Part shown: positions 31,507-40,505 of the stretch, in pieces | Position numbering within the stretch: position 1 is the first letter of the stretch | How the letters are laid out: the number at the start of each line of letters is the position of its first letter | Assembly: GCA_947489585.1 (NCBI GenBank) | Contig: CANLEE010000001.1 | Span: 364,946-428,945, forward strand | From: an uncultured Psychroserpens sp. | Lineage (GTDB): Bacteria > Bacteroidota > Bacteroidia > Flavobacteriales > Flavobacteriaceae | Length of the DNA: 64,000 bases | Reading direction: 5' to 3' | The notes under the pieces: generated by a model | What the model was told of the DNA's origin: nothing | What the model saw: the letters and a program-made list of their open reading frames with translations, nothing else | Databases searched by the model: none | Translations under genes and position numbers: made by a program

Positions 31507-32571
31507 ATGGCAAAATTAAAGACCCAATCCTTACAAAAACAAGGAAGTGATTTAGCTCAAAGTAATCGACAACTCGAAATCTTATCTAACGGAATTTTCC
31601 AAAACGGAGAATTACCAACATTTAAGGCTAAAATTTCGGAAACGAGTCAGTTTCCGCTTAAAGCAAAAAAATTAGAAATCCTACAAATCAATGTTGGTTA
31701 TATGTGTAACCAAGTTTGTGAACATTGTCATGTTGATGCTGGTCCAGACCGAAAGGAAATCATGACGCGTGACACCATGAAACAGTGTTTAGAAGTGATT
31801 AAAAATTCTGGTGCGCATACCTTAGATTTAACTGGAGGCGCTCCAGAAATGAACCCTGATTTTAGATGGTTTGTTGAAGAAGCAGCCAAAGTTGGTATCC
31901 GAGATTTTATAGTACGCTCCAACTTAACAATTATTAGAGCCAACAAAAAATATTACGATTTACCTGAATTTTTTAAAAAACATAACGTTCATGTGGTAAG
32001 CTCAATGCCGCATTGGACGAGAGGAAAAACCGATAAGCAACGTGGTGACGGTGTTTTTGATAAATCTATAAAAGCTTTGCAAGAACTCAACGCGGTTGGC
32101 TATGGTATGCCAGATAGTGATTTGCGATTAGACTTAGTGTATAATCCGTCTGGAGCCTTTTTACCTGGAGACCAAATGTCTATGGAAAAAGATTTTAAAA
32201 AGGCATTGATGGAAGATTTCAATATCCAATTCCATAACCTATTTGCTATTACAAACTTACCAATTGCACGTTTTTTAGATTATTTAATCGCTTCTGAAAA
32301 CTATGAAGATTACATGTATCAATTAGTCGATGCATATAATCCTGCTGCAGTTGCCAATGTCATGTGTACAAATACGCTTTCGATTAGTTGGGATGGTTAT
32401 TTATTTGATTGTGATTTTAATCAGATGCTAGAACTACCTGTAAATAGTAAAGCCAAGCATATTTCAGAATTTAACGAAGAATTATTAGAAGGACGTAATA
32501 TCGTCATATCTCAACATTGCTATGGTTGCACAGCTGGTGCAGGAAGTAGTTGTCAAGGTGTTGTTGCTTAA
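31507..32571 (+). CDS. arsS: Arsenosugar biosynthesis radical SAM enzyme (Cys form, not a selenoprotein)
   Basis: CNQVCEHC, LTGGAPE, VRSNLT, LVYNP, CDFNQML, HCYGCTAGAGSSCQG; the last Cys is encoded by TGT. Confidence 0.9.
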   Translation: MAKLKTQSLQKQGSDLAQSNRQLEILSNGIFQNGELPTFKAKISETSQFPLKAKKLEILQINVGYMCNQVCEHCHVDAGPDRKEIMTRDTMKQCLEVIKNSGAHTLDLTGGAPEMNPDFRWFVEEAAKVGIRDFIVRSNLTIIRANKKYYDLPEFFKKHNVHVVSSMPHWTRGKTDKQRGDGVFDKSIKALQELNAVGYGMPDSDLRLDLVYNPSGAFLPGDQMSMEKDFKKALMEDFNIQFHNLFAITNLPIARFLDYLIASENYEDYMYQLVDAYNPAAVANVMCTNTLSISWDGYLFDCDFNQMLELPVNSKAKHISEFNEELLEGRNIVISQHCYGCTAGAGSSCQGVVA

Positions 32572-32574
32572 CAT

Positions 32575-33252
32575 ATGAATAACAAAACAGCCATATTAAT
32601 TTTTGCAAACTCTGCTAAATTTGAAGCGATTCAAAAACCGTTTCAATCTTCAGAGATTCTGTTTGATGTATTAAATACACGAATCATAGAAATTGCAAAA
32701 CAAACGGGCTTACCCTATTTTTTATCTTCGGAAAAAAACCAAACTGGAGCAACATTTGGCGAACGCTTTACAAATGCTATCCAATCTATTTACGACAAAG
32801 GTTTTGAAAGTGTTATTACTATTGGAAATGATACACCACATTTAGAAACAAATCATATATTAAAAGCGGTTAACCAATTGCAGAAAAATGATATTGTCTT
32901 AGGACCTTCTAAAGATGGCGGATTCTATTTAATGGGATTAAAAGCCTCCCATTTTAATACTGAAACGTTCTCTAAATTGCCTTGGCAAACCTCTCGTTTA
33001 CATCGAAGTATTTCAAGGTTAGTAGTAGCAAAACGTAGTACTTTGTCTTATCTCGAAACACTTTCAGATATTGATATTCTTTCAGATGTAAAAACTATTA
33101 TTGATAGTTTCCGATATCTTTCAAAACACATAAAACAATTACTACAGCATTATATTTCAGTAGAAAAAAAGATCTATAAGACGTCTACACATCTTATTCA
33201 TCTATTGCCTTCAAATTTCTATTTCAATAAAGGCTCTCCTTCTTTATTTTAA
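32575..33252 (+). CDS. DUF2064 family protein, divergent paralog
   Basis: FGERFTNA, IGNDTP, LGPSKDGGFYLMG; lacks the N-terminal P-x-G-x-x-KTRL motif seen in the 34873 paralog. Confidence 0.8.
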   Translation: MNNKTAILIFANSAKFEAIQKPFQSSEILFDVLNTRIIEIAKQTGLPYFLSSEKNQTGATFGERFTNAIQSIYDKGFESVITIGNDTPHLETNHILKAVNQLQKNDIVLGPSKDGGFYLMGLKASHFNTETFSKLPWQTSRLHRSISRLVVAKRSTLSYLETLSDIDILSDVKTIIDSFRYLSKHIKQLLQHYISVEKKIYKTSTHLIHLLPSNFYFNKGSPSLF

Positions 33253-33281
33253 AAGATTTTCCAATTACATTTTAAATAGTG

Positions 33282-33302
33282 TGTCTTCAACAGTTGAAGA
33301 CA
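33282..33302. other. Intergenic hairpin between DUF2064 and arsM
   Basis: TGTCTTCAA-CAG-TTGAAGACA 9-bp stem; no T-tract follows on the + strand. Confidence 0.45.
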
Positions 33303-33365
33303 ACAAAAAACAATTACAAATACATTTAGGTTTTTGGCCTATTACAAAATAAATCCACACAAATT

Positions 33366-34334
33366 ATGAGTTATTTAGAAACCACACATGATGTCTATAA
33401 AGAAGCAGCTTTAACACCAGATGTTGGGTTATGTTGCACTACAAACCCTATTTGGGAATTACCAGGATTAAAAATTCCAAAAATTATGCAAGAAATGAAT
33501 TACGGCTGTGGAAGCACTGTACATGCTAGAGACCTGTCTAACAGTCCTAAAATGTTATATGTTGGTGTTGGAGGCGGTATGGAACTGTTGCAGTTTGCGT
33601 ATTTCAACCGTCAGAAAAGCGGTGTTATTGGTGTAGATATCGTTGATGAAATGTTAGAAGCTTCGAAGCAAAACTTTAAAATTGCTGAAGAGCAAAACAG
33701 TTGGTTTAAAAGCGAATTTGTTGAACTTAAAAAAGGAGATGCAATGCACCTGCCTGTTGAAGACAATAGTATAGACGTTGCTGCACAAAATTGTTTGTTC
33801 AATATTTTTAAGGCAGATGATTTAAAGAAAGCTATTGAAGAAATGTACCGCGTTTTGAAACCCCATGGTCGTTTAGTCATGAGTGATCCAACTTGCGAAC
33901 AATCGATGAATGACGAACTACGTAATGATGAACGTTTAAGAGCATTATGTCTAAGTGGTAGTCTTCCTATAGCTGAGTATGTAAAAGCATTAACAGATGT
34001 AGGTTTTGGTACCATAGAAATTAGAGCTCGTAAGCCTTATAGAATTTTAGATCCTAAAAATTATCCTACTGACGAATTAATCTATATCGAATCTATTGAA
34101 GTTGCTGCCATAAAAGACCCAATGCCTGAGGATGGCCCTTGTGTTTTTACTGGAAAAGCAGCAATTTACTATGGTGAAGAGGATTATTTTGATGATAAAG
34201 CTGGTCATATCTTATTAAAAAACCAACCATTAGCAATCTGTGATAAAACTGCTGGAGCACTAAAAGCTTTAGGTAGAGATGACATCTATTTTAGCGAGTC
34301 AACATTTCATTATGATGGTGGCGGTTGTTGCTAA
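33366..34334 (+). CDS. arsM: Arsenite S-adenosylmethionine methyltransferase (arsenosugar type)
   Basis: GLCCTT, NYGCG, VGVGGG SAM motif, QNCLFN, CLSGS, C-terminal GGGCC; linked to arsS. Confidence 0.85.
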   Translation: MSYLETTHDVYKEAALTPDVGLCCTTNPIWELPGLKIPKIMQEMNYGCGSTVHARDLSNSPKMLYVGVGGGMELLQFAYFNRQKSGVIGVDIVDEMLEASKQNFKIAEEQNSWFKSEFVELKKGDAMHLPVEDNSIDVAAQNCLFNIFKADDLKKAIEEMYRVLKPHGRLVMSDPTCEQSMNDELRNDERLRALCLSGSLPIAEYVKALTDVGFGTIEIRARKPYRILDPKNYPTDELIYIESIEVAAIKDPMPEDGPCVFTGKAAIYYGEEDYFDDKAGHILLKNQPLAICDKTAGALKALGRDDIYFSESTFHYDGGGCC

Positions 34335-34372
34335 ATAAGAGATCCTTTTAATTTATAAGATTGCTCCACTTT

Positions 34373-34873
34373 ATGAAAAAACTATTCGTTTTAATATGTG
34401 CTTTTATATCATTTTCAGTTCAATCGCAAGAATCTCTTGAGGATCTACTGAACCTATACAACAAAAATAATGTGCCATATATTTCGGTTCAGGAGCTAGC
34501 AAAAAGTAAAACTATTGTTTTAGATGCTAGAGAACGAGATGAATTTGAGGTAAGTCACCTTAAAGAGGCAATCTATGTTGGATACACTAATTTTAAATTA
34601 GAGACCGTAGAAAAGCTTATTTCAAATAAAGATGAGCAGATTGTTGTTTATTGCACATTAGGAGTTCGATCTGAAATCATAGCTAATAGATTAAAATTAG
34701 CGGGTTACACAAATGTGAGAAATCTCTTTGGTGGTATTTTTGAATGGAAGAATAACGATTTTAATGTTTATAATTTGAACGAAAAAACGACAGATAGTGT
34801 TCACATATGTTCTAGTATGTGGAGTAAATGGTTAAAAAAAGGTCAAAAAGCCTATCCTAAAGTTCAAAACTAA
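34373..34873 (+). CDS. Secreted rhodanese-like domain protein
   Basis: Signal peptide, LDARE, VVYCTLGVRSE, NLFGGIFEW; ATG at 34373. Confidence 0.85.
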   Translation: MKKLFVLICAFISFSVQSQESLEDLLNLYNKNNVPYISVQELAKSKTIVLDARERDEFEVSHLKEAIYVGYTNFKLETVEKLISNKDEQIVVYCTLGVRSEIIANRLKLAGYTNVRNLFGGIFEWKNNDFNVYNLNEKTTDSVHICSSMWSKWLKKGQKAYPKVQN

Positions 34874-35484
34874 TGACGAAAAACGCCTTAATGGTATTTA
34901 CCAGGAATCCTGAATTAGGAAAGTGCAAAACGCGTTTAGCAAAAACTTTAGGCGACCAATCTGCTTTAGACATTTATAAATATTTGCTTCAACATACCGC
35001 TAATGTTGCTAAAAACGTAGAAGCTAGTCGTTATGTGTTTTATTCTGAAAGTATTAATAATAGTGATATTTGGGAGCATGCATATTTCAGTAAAAAACTA
35101 CAAACAGGAAATAATCTTGGTGAACGCATGCATAATGCATTTCAAGAATTATTTGATTTAGGTTATCAAAAAGTAATAATTATAGGAAGTGACTTGTTAG
35201 ATTTAAATGAAACCATTATTGAGCAAGCGTTACAAAAATTAGAACACCATGATGTTGTCATAGGACCTGCCGAAGATGGAGGTTATTACCTTCTAGGAAC
35301 TAAAGCACTACACCCTAAAATATTTCAAAATAAAGCTTGGGGAACCGAAACTGTAAGGCATGATACTTTAAACGATTTACAAAATAGTAATGTATATGTA
35401 TTGAAAGAATTGAATGATATTGATACTTTTGATGATATGAAACATTACAATCAACTCAAACCATTTTATAAAGCACATGATTAA
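34873..35484 (+). CDS. TIGR04282/DUF2064 transferase (CofC/MobA-like fold)
   Basis: FTRNPELGKCKTRLA, QTGNNLGERM, IGSD, GPAEDGGYYLLG, DIDTFDD. Confidence 0.88.
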   Translation: MTKNALMVFTRNPELGKCKTRLAKTLGDQSALDIYKYLLQHTANVAKNVEASRYVFYSESINNSDIWEHAYFSKKLQTGNNLGERMHNAFQELFDLGYQKVIIIGSDLLDLNETIIEQALQKLEHHDVVIGPAEDGGYYLLGTKALHPKIFQNKAWGTETVRHDTLNDLQNSNVYVLKELNDIDTFDDMKHYNQLKPFYKAHD

Positions 35485-36289
35485 ATTTATAACAGAGACT
35501 GCAGAATATTTACAATCTAAAGGTTTCGATAATCCAGAAATAGGCATCATTCTAGGTACAGGGCTAGGACAGTTAACTAATGAAATAGAAGTTATTCAAG
35601 AAGTAAGCTACAACCATATACCAAACTTCCCAACAGCAACTGTAGAATTTCATAAAGGAAAACTGATTTACGGAATCTTAGGTGGAAAAAAAGTGATTGT
35701 CATGCAAGGACGATTTCATATTTATGAAGGTTACACGCTCCAAGATGTCACCTATCCTGTTCGTGTTATGGAAAAATTAGGCATTAAAACATTACTAGTT
35801 TCTAATGCTTCTGGAGCTATAAACCTCAATTTCAAAAAAGGGGAATTAATGTTAATCGATGACCATATTAATCTTCAAGGAAGTTCGCCTTTAGCTTTTA
35901 AAGGTGTTGAAGCTTTGGGTGAGCGTTTTACTGACATGAGTGCGCCTTATGATCTCGACATTAACGCTAAGTTTAAAACAATTGCCAAAACTCATAACAT
36001 CAAATTACATGAAGGGGTTTATGCAAGTGTTGTTGGCCCGCAATTAGAAACAAGAGCAGAATATAGAATGTTAAAAATCATTGGTGCAGATGCCGTTGGC
36101 ATGAGTACGGTTCCAGAGATTATTGTTGCCAATCACTTAAGCATCAAAACAGCAGCCATATCTGTATTGACTGATGAATGTGATCCAGATAACTTAAAAC
36201 CAGTAAATATTAATGAAATCATAGCAATGGCTGGAAAAGCCGAACCACATATGATTACTTTATTTACCGAGTTAATAAGAGGTTTATAA
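35477..36289 (+). CDS. punA: Purine nucleoside phosphorylase (trimeric PunA/MTAP family)
   Basis: IILGTGLG, QGRFHIYEG, SNASG, DHIN, GPQLETRAEY, AVGMSTVPE, VLTDE. Confidence 0.92.
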   Translation: MIKFITETAEYLQSKGFDNPEIGIILGTGLGQLTNEIEVIQEVSYNHIPNFPTATVEFHKGKLIYGILGGKKVIVMQGRFHIYEGYTLQDVTYPVRVMEKLGIKTLLVSNASGAINLNFKKGELMLIDDHINLQGSSPLAFKGVEALGERFTDMSAPYDLDINAKFKTIAKTHNIKLHEGVYASVVGPQLETRAEYRMLKIIGADAVGMSTVPEIIVANHLSIKTAAISVLTDECDPDNLKPVNINEIIAMAGKAEPHMITLFTELIRGL

Positions 36290-36291
36290 CT

Positions 36292-36322
36292 AAAAAAGGG
36301 CTTTAAAATAAAGCCCTTTTTT
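36292..36322. terminator. Bidirectional terminator between PNP and DUF4097 genes
   Basis: AAAAAAGGGCTTT / AAAGCCCTTTTTT 13-bp inverted repeat between convergent genes. Confidence 0.85.
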
Positions 36323-36340
36323 AACTAACACTCATAATTG

Positions 36341-37036
36341 TTACCCTTTCCTTATATAAATATTTCCTGAAATAGTTTCCATATCTAAAGGAAGTGTTCC
36401 GCCATTAACCTGTTTTGATACTTTATTATGTGAATTGTTATAATGTTTACTAGAGTTATTGTTTTCAAATTCTAGATCTGAATAAATTGTTCCTGTCAGT
36501 GATTTTGCTTTAAGTTTTGCTTTCTTAACAGTAACATCAAGCGATCCGCTAATAGTTTTTAAACGTAATTCTCCATTATACTTTTTAATCGTCACATCAC
36601 CCGAAATTAAATCGGTAACCAAATCACCTTCAAAAGTATCCATAAACACACTACCAGAAATACTTTTTACTTTAAGGTTAATATTTTTAGGTACAATCAC
36701 AACATAATTAATATCTGTATCGCTATTGCAATTATGTCTATTTTTATCCTTCCATTTATTCTTGAAATAGTCTCCAAAATCAGAATAAAATTTCAATTGT
36801 CCTGAACTATTATCTGCTTTTATACTAAATGCTTCATTACCTTCACCATCATCAATATTCACTGATGCTTTTACTATAATTTGATTTGTATTTCCATGCT
36901 CTACTTTGATATCTTGAGCAAATTTAAAATTAAGGTATACATCTTGATTCTTTGAGATACTTTCTTTGACCTCAACATTTCGCTGCGCTTGAAGTGTAGC
37001 AACACTAAGCAAGGCTATTATGACTATTTTTTTCAT
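36341..37036 (-). CDS. DUF4097 (beta-strand repeat) secreted protein
   Basis: Signal peptide; repeated KSISGSV, DLISGDV, KTISGSL, ETISGNIYIRK. Confidence 0.8.
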   Translation of the reverse strand: MKKIVIIALLSVATLQAQRNVEVKESISKNQDVYLNFKFAQDIKVEHGNTNQIIVKASVNIDDGEGNEAFSIKADNSSGQLKFYSDFGDYFKNKWKDKNRHNCNSDTDINYVVIVPKNINLKVKSISGSVFMDTFEGDLVTDLISGDVTIKKYNGELRLKTISGSLDVTVKKAKLKAKSLTGTIYSDLEFENNNSSKHYNNSHNKVSKQVNGGTLPLDMETISGNIYIRKG

Positions 37037-37061
37037 TTGACTGTTTGTTTTTTTGGATTAC

Positions 37062-37892
37062 TTATTTTTTTCTGAGATATACATTTCCTGTAGACGATCG
37101 TAAAACAATTTTCACACCTCCATTGTTGAGCTGGGTTTCAATTTTACGAGTTGAACCTACCACTTTCATACCATCTTTCGAAGGTTTTTGAAGGTCGAAA
37201 TCGGTATAAATCGTTCCCATTGTTGAACGTAACTCTAAGTTGGCTTTCGTATTTGAAGGTAAGGACACATCAACAATACCTGTTGAACTACTCAAAGTGA
37301 TTGGTGACGATTGATTAACACTAGAAAAATCAACTTCAATAGTTCCTGTACTTGTATGAGCTGTAATTGGGCCTGTTACATTCTTAAGAGTAATATTACC
37401 AACATTAGTATTAACTTCTATTTCCGAAGAAAACCCAACAACTATTGCTGTTCCTAAATTACCAGAATCAATGTGAAGATCCATCGTTTTAGGAAGTGTA
37501 ATTTGTAGTCCATTACGTTGCATCCATGATTTCAAATCTTTGATTCGCAGCACACTTCCTTCTTGACTGATTGACATTCCAAATCCTGTATTATCTACTC
37601 CACCAGAGTACACAGCTTTCAATCCTTTAGCTCTATCATTATCGTTATCACAGTCATAACATTCTGCATCATGTTCATGATCACAATTTTCATGATTATG
37701 ATCTAACTCATCATGTTCATATTTACTAAATTTCAGTTCGTTGCCAGTTCCGGCAATTATCTTAACAGTAGTCCCTGTTTCAATTTGAACTTTGGTAATA
37801 CCATTTAAACTCTTAGTATAATCTTCTTGAGCGTATGTAAATACAACACTTAAAAAAGCAATAAGGTTCAATATAATTCCTGTTCGTTTCAT
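37062..37892 (-). CDS. DUF4097 secreted protein with His/Cys/Asp-rich segment
   Basis: Signal peptide; TNVGNI, TSTGTI, SSTGIV, STMGTI, SSTGNVYLRK repeats; HDELDHNHENCDHEHDAECYDCD segment. Confidence 0.8.
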   Translation of the reverse strand: MKRTGIILNLIAFLSVVFTYAQEDYTKSLNGITKVQIETGTTVKIIAGTGNELKFSKYEHDELDHNHENCDHEHDAECYDCDNDNDRAKGLKAVYSGGVDNTGFGMSISQEGSVLRIKDLKSWMQRNGLQITLPKTMDLHIDSGNLGTAIVVGFSSEIEVNTNVGNITLKNVTGPITAHTSTGTIEVDFSSVNQSSPITLSSSTGIVDVSLPSNTKANLELRSTMGTIYTDFDLQKPSKDGMKVVGSTRKIETQLNNGGVKIVLRSSTGNVYLRKK

Positions 37893-37919
37893 TTTTGTTT
37901 GATTTTATAGTTTTTCTAA

Positions 37920-38711
37920 TTAAATAATTTGCGAAATACCACTGTTTACTTGCTCTTTTATAAAGTCTGGCGTATCCGAATGCTCTAATAATTGTTGCAT
38001 AGGAGCAATCGCGCGTTTCTCCTGGATGTTTACCAAAAATTGAATAATTGCAATTTGCAAACTTGGGTCTTTCTGGGTAGTTAGGGCTTCAATGAACGCC
38101 TCTTTCACAATAGCTGATTCTGGAAATTCTGATAATGCTTCTGCTGCAGCTAGTCGCACATTAATATTTCCGTCGTATTGCATACGCTCAATTAAAGCTT
38201 CTAATATTTTGACGTCTGGTTTCACAAAACTTTCTGTAAAACTTACGGCTTGAATTCGTTTACTTGGTGATTGGTTTTCAATCATTGCCAACATCATTCC
38301 TTCTCTTAACTCAATCGTTTCTTTTTGTAATGCTGAAATTTCTTGGTTTGTATCTTGTCTTGTTGTATGACTTCCAAAAAAATAACCAGCAAACACAAAT
38401 ACAATTGACGCGGCTACTTGAAATGCATACTTCCATGGAAATTCTTTGCTCTCTTTTGGAAGTTGCACCACCTTAGTGTCTAATAATTGCTTTTCTTCCT
38501 CAAGAAGTTTATAAAACCCTTCTCTTAGCTTATCACTTGGTGTTACTTCTTCAACATTTTTAAATGCAGAAAAAAGTAAGTTTGTTTCATCATAAAGTAC
38601 TTTACAATCATCACATGTTTCAATGTGTTGTTCAACTTGTTTCGCTTCTTCAGAAGCTAATTGTCTGTCAATGTAATCTACGATGTGCTGTTCTATGTTT
38701 TTACAATCCAT
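37920..38711 (-). CDS. Anti-sigma factor (zinc-binding ZAS motif, one TM helix, HEAT repeat)
   Basis: N-terminal H-x3-C-x2-C (HIETCDDC), central TM, NINVRLAAAEAL HEAT motif; directly downstream of an ECF sigma. Confidence 0.85.
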   Translation of the reverse strand: MDCKNIEQHIVDYIDRQLASEEAKQVEQHIETCDDCKVLYDETNLLFSAFKNVEEVTPSDKLREGFYKLLEEEKQLLDTKVVQLPKESKEFPWKYAFQVAASIVFVFAGYFFGSHTTRQDTNQEISALQKETIELREGMMLAMIENQSPSKRIQAVSFTESFVKPDVKILEALIERMQYDGNINVRLAAAEALSEFPESAIVKEAFIEALTTQKDPSLQIAIIQFLVNIQEKRAIAPMQQLLEHSDTPDFIKEQVNSGISQII

Positions 38712-38713
38712 GA

Positions 38714-39244
38714 TTATATGGTTTCGAAATAAACTGTTTTTAATTTTTTTATGATACGATGCACTTTCACCTTTACTGCGCCTTCACTACTTCCAACTAT
38801 CTCAGCGAGTTTATCGTATTTTATACCTTGAAATCTATTTAAGATTATCAATTCTTTTTCTTCTTTATTTAAGATCTTTAATACTTGATGCAAATGAGCT
38901 ACATTATCATTTTTCTCAATTTTACTTTCTTCATTTTTTTGAGCTACTAACTCTAAATCTGCATTATTTATAGTTTTTTTTGATTTCTGATAATGATCTG
39001 AAAACACATTTCTTGCAATCTTAAAAATCCATGATACGAATTGCCCGCCTTTATATGATGTTCTGTAACGCATGACCTTATAAAATACGGTTTGTGTCAT
39101 ATCTTCACAGACATCTTTATCTCGTATCATTTGAAAATAAAAGTTAAACAATCGTTTATTATAGCGCTCAAAAATATGAGCCATAGCATCCAAATTTCCT
39201 CGAGATACATCGAGCATTAATTCTTCGTCTGTTAGTGTTTTCAA
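38714..39244 (-). CDS. ECF RNA polymerase sigma factor
   Basis: DMTQTVFYKV and FVSWIFKIARN (region 2); YDKLAEIVGSSEGAVKVKVHR (region 4). Confidence 0.93.
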   Translation of the reverse strand: MKTLTDEELMLDVSRGNLDAMAHIFERYNKRLFNFYFQMIRDKDVCEDMTQTVFYKVMRYRTSYKGGQFVSWIFKIARNVFSDHYQKSKKTINNADLELVAQKNEESKIEKNDNVAHLHQVLKILNKEEKELIILNRFQGIKYDKLAEIVGSSEGAVKVKVHRIIKKLKTVYFETI

Positions 39245-39270
39245 TTCTTTTTGATGGTTGTTTGGTATGA

Positions 39271-39297
39271 AGACCTTTAATTTACAAAAAGGTTACA
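39271..39297 (-). promoter_or_regulatory. Candidate autoregulatory ECF promoter TGTAACC-N16-GTCT
   Basis: Minus strand reads TGTAACC tttttgtaaattaaag GTCT, ending 26 nt before the sigma start; typical ECF -35/-10 pattern. Confidence 0.6.
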
Positions 39298-39383
39298 TGA
39301 GAGAATAAAAAAATTACATTTTAATTCAAAGGACGTCGTAAGTACTTGTCTATAAATTCGTCAAAATCATAATAAACTGCCTT

Positions 39384-40496
39384 ATGATTTTAATCTTGTT
39401 ATTTATTTCTGCCTGCTTCTTAGCCTACAGTAATGGTGCTAATGATAATTTTAAAGGGGTTGCTACACTCTTCGGAAGTGGAACAACTAATTACAAAAAA
39501 GCGATAAACTGGGCTACTGTCACCACGTTTTCTGGATCTGTAGCTGCTATTTTTTTAGCTAACGAGTTAGTAAAAAACTTTTCTGGAAAAGGATTAGTTC
39601 CAAATGAACTTATCACTATGCCTATTTTTGCAATATCAATTGCATTCGGTGCCGCTTTAACTGTATTTATAGCAACAAAAATAGGAATGCCAATTTCAAC
39701 AACGCATAGTTTAGTTGGTGCGCTTTTTGGAGCAGGAGTTATGGCTGTTGGCTCGCAATTTAATTTTGAAAAATTGGGAGGCACCTTTTTAATGCCTTTA
39801 ATAGTGAGCCCTTTAATGGCTGCTGCGGCTAGCTTTATAGCCTATCTCATCTTTAGGTTTTTTAGAAAACGATTAGGTGTTACAAAAAAAACAAATCTTA
39901 CTATTCACGAAAAGCAAACAGAAACAATTGCTTCGTTTAGCATGGATAATGCAACATTAAAAACTAAAAAAACAATAGAAGCCACCATTCAAAATAAAAC
40001 GGAAACTTATGATGGTCAAATTTTAGGCTTAAACTCTCAAAAGGTTTTAGATAGTCTACATTACTTAAGTGCAGGCATTGTAAGTTTCGCTCGTGGTTTA
40101 AACGATACGCCAAAAATTGTTGGGCTATTATTAATAATTAATACCATTGATATTAAATGGAGTATGATTATTATAGCAATTGTTATGGCTATTGGAGGAT
40201 TGCTTAATGCTAAAAAAGTTGGCATAACCATGAGTAAGAAAATCACACCTATGAATTCTGGCCAAGGGTTTACAGCCAATATGATTACTGGTTTATTAGT
40301 AACTACAGCAAGTGTACATGGTTTACCTGTTTCTACTACACATGTCTCAGTTGGTTCAATTTTTGGGATTGGCACTGTTACAAAAAAAGCCGATTACAAA
40401 ATGATTGGCAAAATATTATTATCTTGGTTGCTAACACTTCCAATGGCTGCTATTGTGAGTGGCTTATTATTTAAATTATTAGAAACCCTTTCTTAA
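39384..40496 (+). CDS. PiT-family inorganic phosphate/anion transporter
   Basis: GANDNFKGVATL, GMPISTTHSLVG, RGLNDTPK, GLPVSTTH. Confidence 0.88.
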   Translation: MILILLFISACFLAYSNGANDNFKGVATLFGSGTTNYKKAINWATVTTFSGSVAAIFLANELVKNFSGKGLVPNELITMPIFAISIAFGAALTVFIATKIGMPISTTHSLVGALFGAGVMAVGSQFNFEKLGGTFLMPLIVSPLMAAAASFIAYLIFRFFRKRLGVTKKTNLTIHEKQTETIASFSMDNATLKTKKTIEATIQNKTETYDGQILGLNSQKVLDSLHYLSAGIVSFARGLNDTPKIVGLLLIINTIDIKWSMIIIAIVMAIGGLLNAKKVGITMSKKITPMNSGQGFTANMITGLLVTTASVHGLPVSTTHVSVGSIFGIGTVTKKADYKMIGKILLSWLLTLPMAAIVSGLLFKLLETLS

Positions 40497-40505
40497 TTAC
40501 AGTCT

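Noticed and set aside
32521-32571. Selenocysteine recoding in the ArsS C-terminus
   Set aside because: The family has Sec-containing members, but the codon here is TGT (SSCQG) and the stop is TAA.
31165-36289. Classical arsenic resistance operon
   Set aside because: No arsR, arsB/acr3, arsC, arsA or arsH in the window.
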